From assembly GCA_964420565.1 (NCBI GenBank), contig CAYQTZ010000002.1:2960-27040 (forward strand): a stretch of DNA of 24,081 nt. Direction: 5' to 3'. Positions 10,327 to 18,986 of the stretch are shown piece after piece (within the stretch, counting starts at the first letter, position 1; the number at the start of each line of letters is the position of its first letter). The position numbers were made by a program, and so were the translations under genes. The DNA comes from an uncultured Hyphomicrobiales bacterium. Its GTDB lineage: Bacteria; Bacteroidota; Ignavibacteria; Kapaibacteriales; UBA2268. The notes under the pieces were generated by a model. It searched no databases, was not told where the DNA came from, and was given only the letters and a program-made list of their open reading frames with translations.

Positions 10327-10529
10327 TTTATCTCCTCGATTTTTGTGATTTTGGTATTTGGATATATTGATTGATAAGTGGTTGTGATCGTTGCTATTAA
10401 GGCGGCATCTGTGCTTTCTTCTTTGTAAGGGAATACGTATTCAATAAGCCGTATCAACAAAGCAAGGAAAGAAAGCAGAACAAATACTGCGATAAATGCT
10501 GAAATACAGATAGTTAGCAGATCAGGCAT
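10323..10529 (-). CDS. oadG: Na+-decarboxylase gamma/delta (OadG family) membrane subunit
   Basis: 68 aa, single N-terminal TM helix, 'AALIATI' segment, 4-bp overlap with the alpha subunit start. Confidence 0.75.
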   Translation of the reverse strand: MPDLLTICISAFIAVFVLLSFLALLIRLIEYVFPYKEESTDAALIATITTTYQSIYPNTKITKIEEIK

Positions 10530-10871
10530 AGTTGTCTCCTAATGTAATTTTGTATATGGTATGTTGTAATTTTGCTTTTTGTTTTTAGCATATATAAAAT
10601 TTATATTTGATTTATGCATTTTTTTCTATTAATATATAATTTCTTTAAACTAATTTCAAGAAATTTCATAACACAAAGTAAACAAAATCCAAATAATAAA
10701 CAAAAATGTATTCGATATGTTGCAATAATTTTTTGTTTTATAATATATTTAGGATATAGTATAAATGAAAATTCAAAATGAAGTTATAATATCATACATG
10801 AAGCAGTTCTTCTATGTAACTTATGGAGCTATAATAAAATAATATATTATAACAGGGTGAAGATTGAATAA

Positions 10872-12335
10872 TTATCTGAGAATACTGAGTGGGATTGTCA
10901 TCTTTTTTCTATCATAATGAATTACTGCATAGTATAATCCTGCAGGAATATTATCTGTGCTGATGTATATTTCACCGGGATTATATTCTCTTCCTTGATC
11001 GGTAATAGCATTTTTACCTAATATATCAAAAAGCTCAACTAACTTTATATCTCCACAGCTACTTTCAAAACGAAGATGATTATTGCTTTGGCTATATTCA
11101 ATACATTTTTGGTTTTCTTTAATATCCTGAACCGAAGTGGTCTGCTCCAGCGGAAATAGATATGAAAATGGCGAAACTCCCATTAGGGACTCTACTTTTG
11201 GAGCTATTTCAGGCAAGCCGTTCTCAACTATAAGATATGCCAGAACACCCTCTTTTTCAGCAAAATCACTTTTATCGGTATTAATGAATGCGATTTGAGC
11301 GCTGCTGTTATTGTCATCTGCATAGCTAACGAAAAAAGCCGCATCTCCGGTAAATATATCACCTCTTTCTAAACCCAGTACTTTGACATTTTCTGGGAAA
11401 TGATCCCATTTAATTGTTCCTGCTGCACCTGTGTATGGTTCGTTATTCCCAATATATATTGGAATGGCATGAGTGCCGGGTTTTCTATATGTTTTTTCTT
11501 CGAATATCTTAGATAGAGAGCTTTCGGATTTTTTTTCAATTTTATTAGGTAAGTGCATATTCACTACGAGTAGGTCAGATGTTGTAACGTCTCCGTTTCC
11601 ATCACAATCAGCGTAAGTAGCTGCGTTATCATCCCATGCCAGTACCTTATGAGGAGCCCAGATAGTGCTTGCAGAACGCCTTTTGAAGCTTCGCATATTC
11701 TTCGTGGCTGAGCCGTACCCCATATAGAAGTTAATAGGGATGAAATCATTTTCATCTACTTCGCCATTATTGTCAGCATCTCCAGGCCAAACGTCCACAA
11801 AGCTGTGAATATTATAGATTATTGGTTCTTTGGCAATATTGATAATTGCTCTGCCTGTATCTGTTGATATTACAGCGTATATATTTTGAAAATTGAGAGT
11901 TAGCTCTTCGTTATGCTCTACTGATTGAGAGACACCAAATTCTAAATGAATCACATTTGGATTATCGAAACCTTCGACATCAATATCATCATTGATTCCA
12001 ACACCTATGTATAAAGAACCTTTTTTGGCGAGTTTATCAATTTTGTTGTGAACTACAGCAAGAGCATTTTCACCGAAATTATCCATTGCATATTCAGAGA
12101 AATGTATATAATCTGTCAGATCATAGTCTAAACGGAAAGACACACCGCGACATTTTTCTACATCTTCGAGATAAATATCAAAACCAAAAAGGAAAGTAGC
12201 CGTTACAAAACTTGAACGAGTAGAATCCACATCAGTCCTTACAATTTTTAAGGACTGGGCGCTCAGCTCAGAAAAGCAGAGCATCAGGATCATTATTATT
12301 ATATATTTTATTTGCATTTTATAGTATTCGTTCAC
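10872..12335 (-). CDS. Secreted protein with dockerin-like Ca-binding repeats and a T9SS-like C-terminal domain
   Basis: Signal peptide; WPGDADNNGEVDENDF and ADCDGNGDVTTSDLL duplicated loops; C-terminal LFDILGK...GLYYAVI...LSILR. Confidence 0.7.
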   Translation of the reverse strand: MNEYYKMQIKYIIIMILMLCFSELSAQSLKIVRTDVDSTRSSFVTATFLFGFDIYLEDVEKCRGVSFRLDYDLTDYIHFSEYAMDNFGENALAVVHNKIDKLAKKGSLYIGVGINDDIDVEGFDNPNVIHLEFGVSQSVEHNEELTLNFQNIYAVISTDTGRAIINIAKEPIIYNIHSFVDVWPGDADNNGEVDENDFIPINFYMGYGSATKNMRSFKRRSASTIWAPHKVLAWDDNAATYADCDGNGDVTTSDLLVVNMHLPNKIEKKSESSLSKIFEEKTYRKPGTHAIPIYIGNNEPYTGAAGTIKWDHFPENVKVLGLERGDIFTGDAAFFVSYADDNNSSAQIAFINTDKSDFAEKEGVLAYLIVENGLPEIAPKVESLMGVSPFSYLFPLEQTTSVQDIKENQKCIEYSQSNNHLRFESSCGDIKLVELFDILGKNAITDQGREYNPGEIYISTDNIPAGLYYAVIHYDRKKMTIPLSILR

Positions 12336-12546
12336 AATTTTCCAGAACCAACATTAATTATAAATTTAATAGCAATGAATGTGCCAAACTGTTTTTGATT
12401 AGCTACTATATGTATTAAACTGAGTACTTCATAATATATATCGGCAATTATTTCAATTACTTAACAAAATATGGCGATATATAGGATCTGTTATATTTTA
12501 TATAGATAAAATGATAATATTAGCCAACAATTGTAGATGTTATGAT

Positions 12547-13062
12547 TTATATGCTGTTAAACGTTAGAGTAATTCTTCTTTTCTTTGAATAACTGACAAC
12601 GTGGTTATAAGTCGTTCTTACAGATTTCAATGATTGTGGTTTTATGTTAGGATCACTATTCTTTTTGTATTCAATGTATTCATTGAAATGTTTTAGAAAA
12701 CTTTTTTTATCATCTTCTTTCTTATTCTTTAATTCAGGTCTTAATCTCGAGAATAAAATCTGCTTAAAACTTCCTGAGCTTTGTTCTTCCCAAATAAATC
12801 CATCAGTCTTTTGCAATATAATCTCTTTTATTGTATTCTCCATTTTTGATAGCTCAAAATTATATGCCTGAGAATACTCAGCTTTTGGTTTCAATCTTTG
12901 AGTCTTTTCATTCCGGTCCTTATGTGCAATTGAAAATCCACTTGAGAATCTGAGTCTTTTTCCTCTGTATGAGATATGCACAAGAATTGCAGAATTAGAT
13001 AGATTTGGTCTCATTAAATTGAAACCAACATTGATTATGTTCTTACTATACTTCCTTGCCAT
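12547..13062 (-). pseudogene. N-terminal half of a tyrosine integrase (Arm-DNA-binding plus SAM-like domain start); catalytic domain missing
   Basis: FNL...ILVHISYRGKRLRFSSGFSI...RNEKTQRLK arm domain; FLKHFNEYIEYK...KSVRTTYNHV...LTFNSI then stop; no R-H-R-Y domain follows. Confidence 0.8.
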
Positions 13063-13097
13063 TTCCCCATTTCCCAGTAATCACTCTTTTACTTCTG

Positions 13098-13129
13098 CAA
13101 AAATACATAATGTACTAAGTGTTGTCAAG
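13098..13129 (-). promoter_or_regulatory. Putative integrase promoter (TAnnTTTG -7 box; upstream TTGACA)
   Basis: Minus strand TATTTTTG at 13105-13098; TTGACA at 13128-13123 lies within the 23-bp repeat. Confidence 0.45.
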
Positions 13130-13144
13130 TTTGCTGCCACTTTT
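13122..13144 (+). repeat. 23-bp direct repeat copy 1 (ttgtcaagtttgctgccactttt), possible integrase arm-type site
   Basis: Exact match to 23618-23640. Confidence 0.85.
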
Positions 13145-13272
13145 TGTTGTTTTATATTTGTTTTATTTGTTTATGCAATAAAACTCATTTTAACTATTCA
13201 GCCAATAACCATAGTTTTGAAGGGTATTCAAAGAAATTTAAACCAATTGAAATTAAAAGGTTTGTAATACTG

Positions 13273-13283
13273 TCGGGATCACT
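13273..13283 (+). mobile_element. att-core-like copy of the tRNA-Glu 3' end (tcgggatcact)
   Basis: Identical to 23549-23559; 210 bp upstream of the integrase start; followed by ccaaca repeats at about 13341-13357. Confidence 0.5.
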
Positions 13284-13665
13284 CCTGCATTTCATAAGTA
13301 ATTGTTTTATATGATAGTTAGAAATATCGCAAATCAACCTCCAACATATATCCAACACTTTCCTCCAATTTGCAAAAAAAATACAGGATTCGCAATAATC
13401 AATGTAAATATTTCATAAATATAGAATTACAAGAAATATTTTTTTCGGCACCTAAATTTCGTAAATGAAGCCATCCGGTGCGGGTTTTACACAAAAGCCA
13501 TAGATCATCATTAAGAATTCATAAAACGTGGATTAGAGGCAATTTGTGGAGTTCGTTTACTCCAAGTGCATCATTGCCAAAATTGAATTTGATACATATT
13601 ACTTATGTGCAAGGTAGAGGGTATAATGAAGAAAATGGGGCTGCCAATAACAGCCCCAATAATGT

Positions 13666-14025
13666 TTAATACGGAATGATCTTTGTATTCCATTTTTTGA
13701 AATTTTCTTTCTCTTTTTCTGTCATACTGTCAATCATTGCTTGAGGATAACGGATTGTTGCATTAGCATAAAAGGGAGGTGCTTCAGTATAATTGATTCG
13801 TTTGTAAGAATCTGGTACCTCCTCATAGTGCTTCTTAAATACTTTTTCATCCAGGAAGTCAAGCCCAATCATCTGACTTAGAACTTTTACGTATTTTGGT
13901 GGCACTTGCTCACGTCTTTCTAATTTTTGAATAAAATGTCGGTTACGAAGCCCAACATTATAAGCAAAATCCATTTGGCTAACCTGGTTATACATCCTTA
14001 TTGCACGAAATTCCATGCCTGTCAT
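13666..14025 (-). CDS. XRE-like helix-turn-helix protein
   Basis: FRAIRMYNQVSQMDFAYNVGL...IQKLER pattern; GGAG SD upstream; divergent from the ECF sigma gene. Confidence 0.55.
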   Translation of the reverse strand: MTGMEFRAIRMYNQVSQMDFAYNVGLRNRHFIQKLERREQVPPKYVKVLSQMIGLDFLDEKVFKKHYEEVPDSYKRINYTEAPPFYANATIRYPQAMIDSMTEKEKENFKKWNTKIIPY

Positions 14026-14316
14026 ATCATATCTCCATTAAAATTGAACAAATCTCTTATTATCACCTTCAAATTCTTTGACTTTTTCATATTATCGCCA
14101 TCAAAAATTTTAAAAAAACCATTGATTTCCATAATATCTACTTATAAATTTCCATATTGTTGTCATCAATTTCCTTATAATTGCCAATATAGATACTTTT
14201 CCATATGATACTGTAGCCATATCGAATACAGATTTATCTGATAATGCAGCCATGATTATACTTTTAGATGTAGTCAACCGGAATGGTGTACTTTATTCAA
14301 TTCCTTTAATTTTTTT

Positions 14317-14345
14317 TGTAACAATTTACTGATTATATTCTCTTA
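14317..14345 (+). promoter_or_regulatory. Possible ECF-type autoregulatory promoter TGTAAC-N17-CTCTTA
   Basis: GTAAC -35-like box with 17-nt spacer immediately upstream of the ECF gene; pattern match only. Confidence 0.3.
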
Positions 14346-14347
14346 CA

Positions 14348-14860
14348 TTGAAAAAGATAGAACAAAAATTAATGAAAAGTCACGAAAAATATTTCAAATT
14401 AGTGGATGAATTTTATCCTAATCTTGAGAAGTTCGCGCTGAATATGAGCAGGAACAGGGATGTCGCTAAAGATTTGGTAAGCGAAACGATTCTAAAATCT
14501 TATGATGGATTCAGAAAATTAAGATCAGAAAAGGCGTTTCTAAGTTATTTGTTCACTATTTGCTCGAGGTTGTATTATTCTCACTTAAAAAAAACGAGAA
14601 ATTTTGCTACAGAGGAACCAGATAGTTTATTCTCTAATTTCATGAGTCCAGAGGATAAAACAGATGTTTCAATCTTGCAGGAAAGTATTGACGAATTACC
14701 AGATATGCAGAGAGAGATATTGATCCTATATGAAATAATTGGATTTAAGTATAAGGAAATAGCTGATATTAAGGATATTTCCATTGATAATGTGAAAGTA
14801 ATTTTGCACAGAGCAAGAACAAATCTGAAAGAAATGCTGATAGTTTCAGATAAAAAATAA
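14348..14860 (+). CDS. ECF-type RNA polymerase sigma factor; ATG 14372 is an alternative start
   Basis: Region 2 (AKDLVSETILKSY, FLSYLFTI) and region 4 (LPDMQREILILY...YKEIA...VKVILHRARTNLK). Confidence 0.93.
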   Translation: MKKIEQKLMKSHEKYFKLVDEFYPNLEKFALNMSRNRDVAKDLVSETILKSYDGFRKLRSEKAFLSYLFTICSRLYYSHLKKTRNFATEEPDSLFSNFMSPEDKTDVSILQESIDELPDMQREILILYEIIGFKYKEIADIKDISIDNVKVILHRARTNLKEMLIVSDKK

Positions 14861-14879
14861 TCTATTAGAAAGTAGTGCC

Positions 14880-16928
14880 ATGAAAGATTTAGATAAATAT
14901 ATAGAAAAGCTTCGATCGCTCGAAAATCAGAAGCCATTGCTGAACAGCGAGGAAATCCGGAACCTTGCCAACAGCTCAAGTAATATTTATTTCAAAAAAC
15001 AAAGGAATAATATCATGAAAATCTTAACATTGACTGCAACTGTTTCAATACTTACTTTTTTTGCACTTTTTTCCGGGCTTGATTTTGATGCAAATACTGA
15101 CTACTCAAAGAGTATGGAAAAATCAGTAACAGAGAGTCATAATGCAGCACAAGAAAGCAATTCAAACTTACTTATTGATAATCAAGATGTTAAGGATAGT
15201 ACTTACTCAATTGGCTCTGATATCACTGAAACCAAGAAATCAAATATTGAAAAACATCTAAATGTAAGGCATCTCTCAAATGAAGATTTCAAAGCATTTG
15301 GTGTAGAAATTATGGAAGATAATATTTCACTAAAATATAAAAGATTTTATGGTGAAGAAAGTATCTCAGAAAAATGTATCGTTAGTATCTTGCCTGATAG
15401 CAGTAACTTAAAGATCAATATCACCAATAATATAATCGCTAATGACACGGCTATCAAAGAAATTAATCCCCATTATCCTGTGGCATTTTATGGTGTATTG
15501 AAAGATAAAAAAGGTAAGGTAATAGATAGTAAATATTTTAGAACTGGGAAAAATGCTCTTATCGAAGACGATTCTTATGTTGAATTCCATGAGGAAGTTC
15601 AAAAGTTTATTGAATATCTGAAAGAAACTGGTCAGGATATATCGGAAAAATTATATATATCTTACGATAAAGATGATTTTCCTTTAGTATATCAAAGCAT
15701 CTTCTTTCCCTATGATTTATCAATTGACGACAAGTATTCTTTATCGGGTTATATCATATATCCAGCGAATCCAGGGATGCATTACAAACTTCAGCAGTAT
15801 CAAACATTAGAACAAATGCAGGGCACTCATTGGCATTATATGATCAGCAGAACTTCACATCGGATTCAAGATGGTTCAAAGGCATTGGAAGCAAAACGAT
15901 TTGATATTGCTGCAATTGAATATTTGGAACTAACCGATAAAGAACTTGAAAATATTGGTATATTCAAAATGGATTCGGTTTATAAATTTACTAATAAAAA
16001 TTATTATGATCTTAATAACATCTGGGAGAGAGTTCATAAGGATTATATTAGGAAAGATTCATTAGGGAATTATATTGGTTATGCGCCTTATGCTAAAAAA
16101 GATTATGATTTCTCTAAAACTATATTTGAATTAGGATATGACACTTTACAAAGAAAGGGATATTACTATCAAGATTTTGTTTTAGATTCTCACCATATTC
16201 TTCCACATTCAATAATTTCTTATGATGCAGATATTAATTTCAACGAATCATTCAATCCTGTAGCATTTTATCAAATTTGGAACCAACATTATACAGGAGA
16301 TATATTGAAAAAATTATTAACCCTCAGATTTATTAGTAATGAAGTACTTGACGAAGATAATATATACCATAAAGATTTAAGCAGGGATAATATTTCAACA
16401 TATCAATTAATTGTACCTGTCAGAATAAGTTTTTCGCCGGAGAATACTAATAAATTGTGCAGATGGTCCGATTACGAAATATATTATCCATTAAGCAGTG
16501 AATTCATTTCAAAACTGCCGGATAGATACAGAATCCCCTTGGAAAAAGAATATGAACTCATTCAAAAAGTCTTCCGTGGAGAGATTTCTTATCTCGAAGC
16601 ATGCAAGGGGCTTAATAATGAAAGATCTATGTTAGGAATATGCCGCTCGGAAACAGAAAACTTACAGATAATAAATCTATATCCCAATCCCATACTAAAT
16701 CATGAAACAACCATTGAATTTATATTGACAAAAGATAGTGATTTAAGAATTGATATGCACGATTTAAATGGTTCTTATCTCTCATCATTAATGGAATCAA
16801 CTAAGCTAAGCGAGGGAATACATAAGTTCAGCATTAATATCCCGGATGATACAAAAGAAGGACTATACTTCATTACACTATCAATAGATCATGGGGATCA
16901 GGTAGTGCAGAAGATACTTGTGAAATGA
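14880..16928 (+). CDS. Putative anti-sigma-like membrane-anchored protein with C-terminal T9SS type A domain
   Basis: 19 bp after the ECF gene; about 45-aa charged N-terminus, TM helix at aa ~48-66, CTD LYPNP...DLNG...GLYFI...QKILVK. Confidence 0.7.
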   Translation: MKDLDKYIEKLRSLENQKPLLNSEEIRNLANSSSNIYFKKQRNNIMKILTLTATVSILTFFALFSGLDFDANTDYSKSMEKSVTESHNAAQESNSNLLIDNQDVKDSTYSIGSDITETKKSNIEKHLNVRHLSNEDFKAFGVEIMEDNISLKYKRFYGEESISEKCIVSILPDSSNLKINITNNIIANDTAIKEINPHYPVAFYGVLKDKKGKVIDSKYFRTGKNALIEDDSYVEFHEEVQKFIEYLKETGQDISEKLYISYDKDDFPLVYQSIFFPYDLSIDDKYSLSGYIIYPANPGMHYKLQQYQTLEQMQGTHWHYMISRTSHRIQDGSKALEAKRFDIAAIEYLELTDKELENIGIFKMDSVYKFTNKNYYDLNNIWERVHKDYIRKDSLGNYIGYAPYAKKDYDFSKTIFELGYDTLQRKGYYYQDFVLDSHHILPHSIISYDADINFNESFNPVAFYQIWNQHYTGDILKKLLTLRFISNEVLDEDNIYHKDLSRDNISTYQLIVPVRISFSPENTNKLCRWSDYEIYYPLSSEFISKLPDRYRIPLEKEYELIQKVFRGEISYLEACKGLNNERSMLGICRSETENLQIINLYPNPILNHETTIEFILTKDSDLRIDMHDLNGSYLSSLMESTKLSEGIHKFSINIPDDTKEGLYFITLSIDHGDQVVQKILVK

Positions 16929-17139
16929 TCGAGTAAAAAGCAAGTACCGTTTTTTTTTACTGATTCAATATACAACCAGTACAAGTAAGAGAGGAAGTAA
17001 ATATTTGATATTATTAGACACAGGACTTCCCCCTTGCTTGTAAAGGAGCAAACAAGTGGGATCATTATTTATTCTTTTCACCCAAAAATTTATTTATAGG
17101 TAGCTAATACACAGACTCGACAAGTTAGGGGAAAATCTA

Positions 17140-17278
17140 AGACCATTGCAAAACCAAAGAAAATCCCCCTCTTAAAATAGAAAGAGCTTATAATATTATA
17201 TATCAATGACTTACCCCTCTCTCTAACTCGTAAGGAAGGGCCGGGGAGGGATCAGCTTTGGAGTTTTGCAATGGTCTC
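17140..17278. mobile_element. MITE-like element with terminal inverted repeats
   Basis: agaccattgcaaaac (17140-17154) and gttttgcaatggtct (17263-17277) form a perfect 15-bp inverted repeat; no ORF inside. Confidence 0.6.
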
Positions 17279-17296
17279 TTATTGTAATATGATGAA

Positions 17297-17380
17297 TTAT
17301 ATCCTACCCCCAATATCATCCTTTTTCTTTACGCCTTCTGAGAACTCGGCGAGTTTATTTTCGAATATCTCACTATAAAT
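17297..17380 (-). pseudogene. Degenerate PP2C/SpoIIE-like gene 3' end, copy A
   Basis: Translates IYSEIFENKLAEFSEGVKKKDDIGGRI*; DNA aligns to copy B (ccttctgagaactcggcgagt vs cctttggagaactctgcgagt). Confidence 0.6.
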
Positions 17381-17457
17381 TTAAAGCAGTTATGTCAGCA
17401 TCCAGAATAATGCTATGAAAGAATTTATTAAGATATTATTGAGTATATATATTGATA

Positions 17458-17670
17458 TTATAGCAATTCCATAAATTTTTCGATAGACAGTCCAGATGAT
17501 TTTCCAATACCACCCATAGTATAAGAATTTATGGGGTTATTCCTTGGAATTGTTAAAATTATATCGCCATTTGTCATTATTATGTGTTTGCTTTGCCGAA
17601 GAATCCAAAAACCAGCTTTTTCAAAAGCTCTAACTGCATTAAGATGATTTATACCAGAAATTTTTGGCAA
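17458..17670 (-). CDS. hicA: HicA family toxin (mRNA interferase)
   Basis: 70 aa; AVRAFEKAGFWILRQSKHIIM (conserved His), TIPRNNPI...TMGGI; TTG start abuts the antitoxin stop. Confidence 0.8.
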   Translation of the reverse strand: MPKISGINHLNAVRAFEKAGFWILRQSKHIIMTNGDIILTIPRNNPINSYTMGGIGKSSGLSIEKFMELL

Positions 17671-17862
17671 CTATACCTCTATCTGAAGGGATTTTTCTCT
17701 CAAACTAAGCTCTTTTTTTGCTTCAAGATACTCAATAATAGCAATTTTGATATTTTCTATTGCTTCTTCCTCGGAATCTCCCTGAGAAAAACATCCAGGC
17801 AAATCCTCGCACCAGACAGCATAACCTTCATCACTATTAAGTATTTTTATATTATAATTCAT
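17671..17862 (-). CDS. hicB: HicB family antitoxin (short form, no DNA-binding domain)
   Basis: EGYAVWCEDLPGCFSQGDSEEEAIENIKIAI; GAGG SD before ATG 17862. Confidence 0.88.
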   Translation of the reverse strand: MNYNIKILNSDEGYAVWCEDLPGCFSQGDSEEEAIENIKIAIIEYLEAKKELSLREKSLQIEV

Positions 17863-17943
17863 AGACGACCTCATTTTCTTTTTAAACGATTATTATTTAT
17901 CAATATTATAATTTAATAAGAATCATAGTAATTAGAAATTAGA

Positions 17944-18048
17944 TTACACCCTCACCCCCAGCACCGCCACATCATCCCTGTTCTTTTCGCCTTTGGAGAA
18001 CTCTGCGAGTGTTTTTTCCAGTATCACTTTTTGCTCTGGTAAATGTAT
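17944..18048 (-). pseudogene. PP2C/SpoIIE-like gene 3' end, copy B
   Basis: Translates IHLPEQKVILEKTLAEFSKGEKNRDDVAVLGVRV*; DD-hydrophobic-G-V-R matches the final metal-binding strand of SpoIIE/PP2C domains; begins beside the vapC stop. Confidence 0.7.
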
Positions 18049-18049
18049 C

Positions 18050-18433
18050 TTATAGTCTATGAAGTTCATTAATACAATCGAATTCCTTATCTAAGGAGTA
18101 GAATGTTATTGAATTTCGAATACATAGTTCTGCAATTAAAACATCCGAAGGTGTTAAAGTTATTCCTTCTTTTCTTAAATCTCTTATTCTGCTACCAGCA
18201 TTAATAAAATCTCTTCTTTCAAAATCAAAGTATTTTAATATTGAAAACAACTGTTCAACTTCTTCTTTTTGTCTTTTGCTTTTTATGCCCTGAATTATTT
18301 CAAGTTCGATTATCCCGCAAATACAAGCAGAATCATTTTCAATCAGTAATTGTACTTTGTCTGCTACATCTTTATCAGAGTTCCTAAAGAATTTGATCCA
18401 GCAAGAGGAATCAATCATTATCAAATTTGCCAT
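18050..18433 (-). CDS. vapC: PIN-domain VapC toxin (start possibly ATG 18418)
   Basis: IMIDSSCWI, IELEIIQG, SDVLIA, SLDKEF acidic PIN motifs. Confidence 0.92.
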   Translation of the reverse strand: MANLIMIDSSCWIKFFRNSDKDVADKVQLLIENDSACICGIIELEIIQGIKSKRQKEEVEQLFSILKYFDFERRDFINAGSRIRDLRKEGITLTPSDVLIAELCIRNSITFYSLDKEFDCINELHRL

Positions 18434-18641
18434 TGGCTATCTCTTCCAGCTCTTTATGCTTTAGAATATCAATATTATCATCTATGTCAACATTGCCTCG
18501 GAGTGCAATCAGCTTCTGCTTTTTGAAAAGTATCATAAGATCTTTTAATGCTCTGTTGACCGCTTCAGTTTTAGTCTTCGACTTATAATGAGCGAATATC
18601 TCATTAATGATTTCGTCATCAATATTTATAGTCGTTCGCAT
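18411..18641 (-). CDS. vapB: VapB-family antitoxin
   Basis: MRTTINIDDE...TKTEAVNRAL RHH-type pattern; overlaps the vapC start; GAGG SD. Confidence 0.88.
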   Translation of the reverse strand: MRTTINIDDEIINEIFAHYKSKTKTEAVNRALKDLMILFKKQKLIALRGNVDIDDNIDILKHKELEEIANGKFDND

Positions 18642-18715
18642 ACATTTCCTCTCAAATAATATGTCAAATTAATGCATAAATATAATAAATAATTAGCATA
18701 TTTCCAATAAGTATT

Positions 18716-18919
18716 TTATACACTCACCCCCATCACCGCCACATCATCTCTGTTTTTCTCATTTTGAGAAAAATAATCATGGGTATATTCTTTAGCATTC
18801 CGAAGCTCTTTCAGATGCGAATCAATTTTCTCCTGACCCTGCTTTTGGGCTTGTAAAGTGGAAAGAGTAAAAATAAAGAACATCACTGTAAAAACAAAAA
18901 ACTTCTGTAACATTTTCAA
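18716..18919 (-). CDS. Mini-gene copy C: signal peptide plus 44-aa stub ending in the PP2C C-terminus (probable internal-deletion product)
   Basis: AGGAG SD; hydrophobic signal peptide ending LQA; last 136 bp match copy D at 125/136. Confidence 0.55.
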   Translation of the reverse strand: MKMLQKFFVFTVMFFIFTLSTLQAQKQGQEKIDSHLKELRNAKEYTHDYFSQNEKNRDDVAVMGVSV

Positions 18920-18986
18920 GTCTCCTATAAAATTATTCTTGATTACTTTCGTATAGGACTATATTGTTAAATATTTTGAGTTCATA

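Noticed and set aside
1230-10374. Short antisense or overlapping ORFs inside major genes (e.g. 1230-1451, 3832-4044, 4849-5214, 7361-7945, 8912-9772, 10069-10374)
   Set aside because: Shadows of well-supported genes with no recognisable motifs.
12487-12549. Frameshift continuation of the integrase (SINHNIYNCWL...)
   Set aside because: The shifted frame stops within about 20 codons and no catalytic domain follows, so this is truncation rather than programmed frameshifting.
13019-13669. ORFs 13019-13267 and 13478-13669
   Set aside because: They overlap the integrase promoter/att region or lack an SD and motifs; the sequence is better explained as regulatory or decayed DNA.
17944-17980. G-quadruplex on the minus strand (gggatgatgtggcggtgctgggggtgagggtg)
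   Set aside because: G-runs are irregular and explained by Val/Ala/Gly codons.
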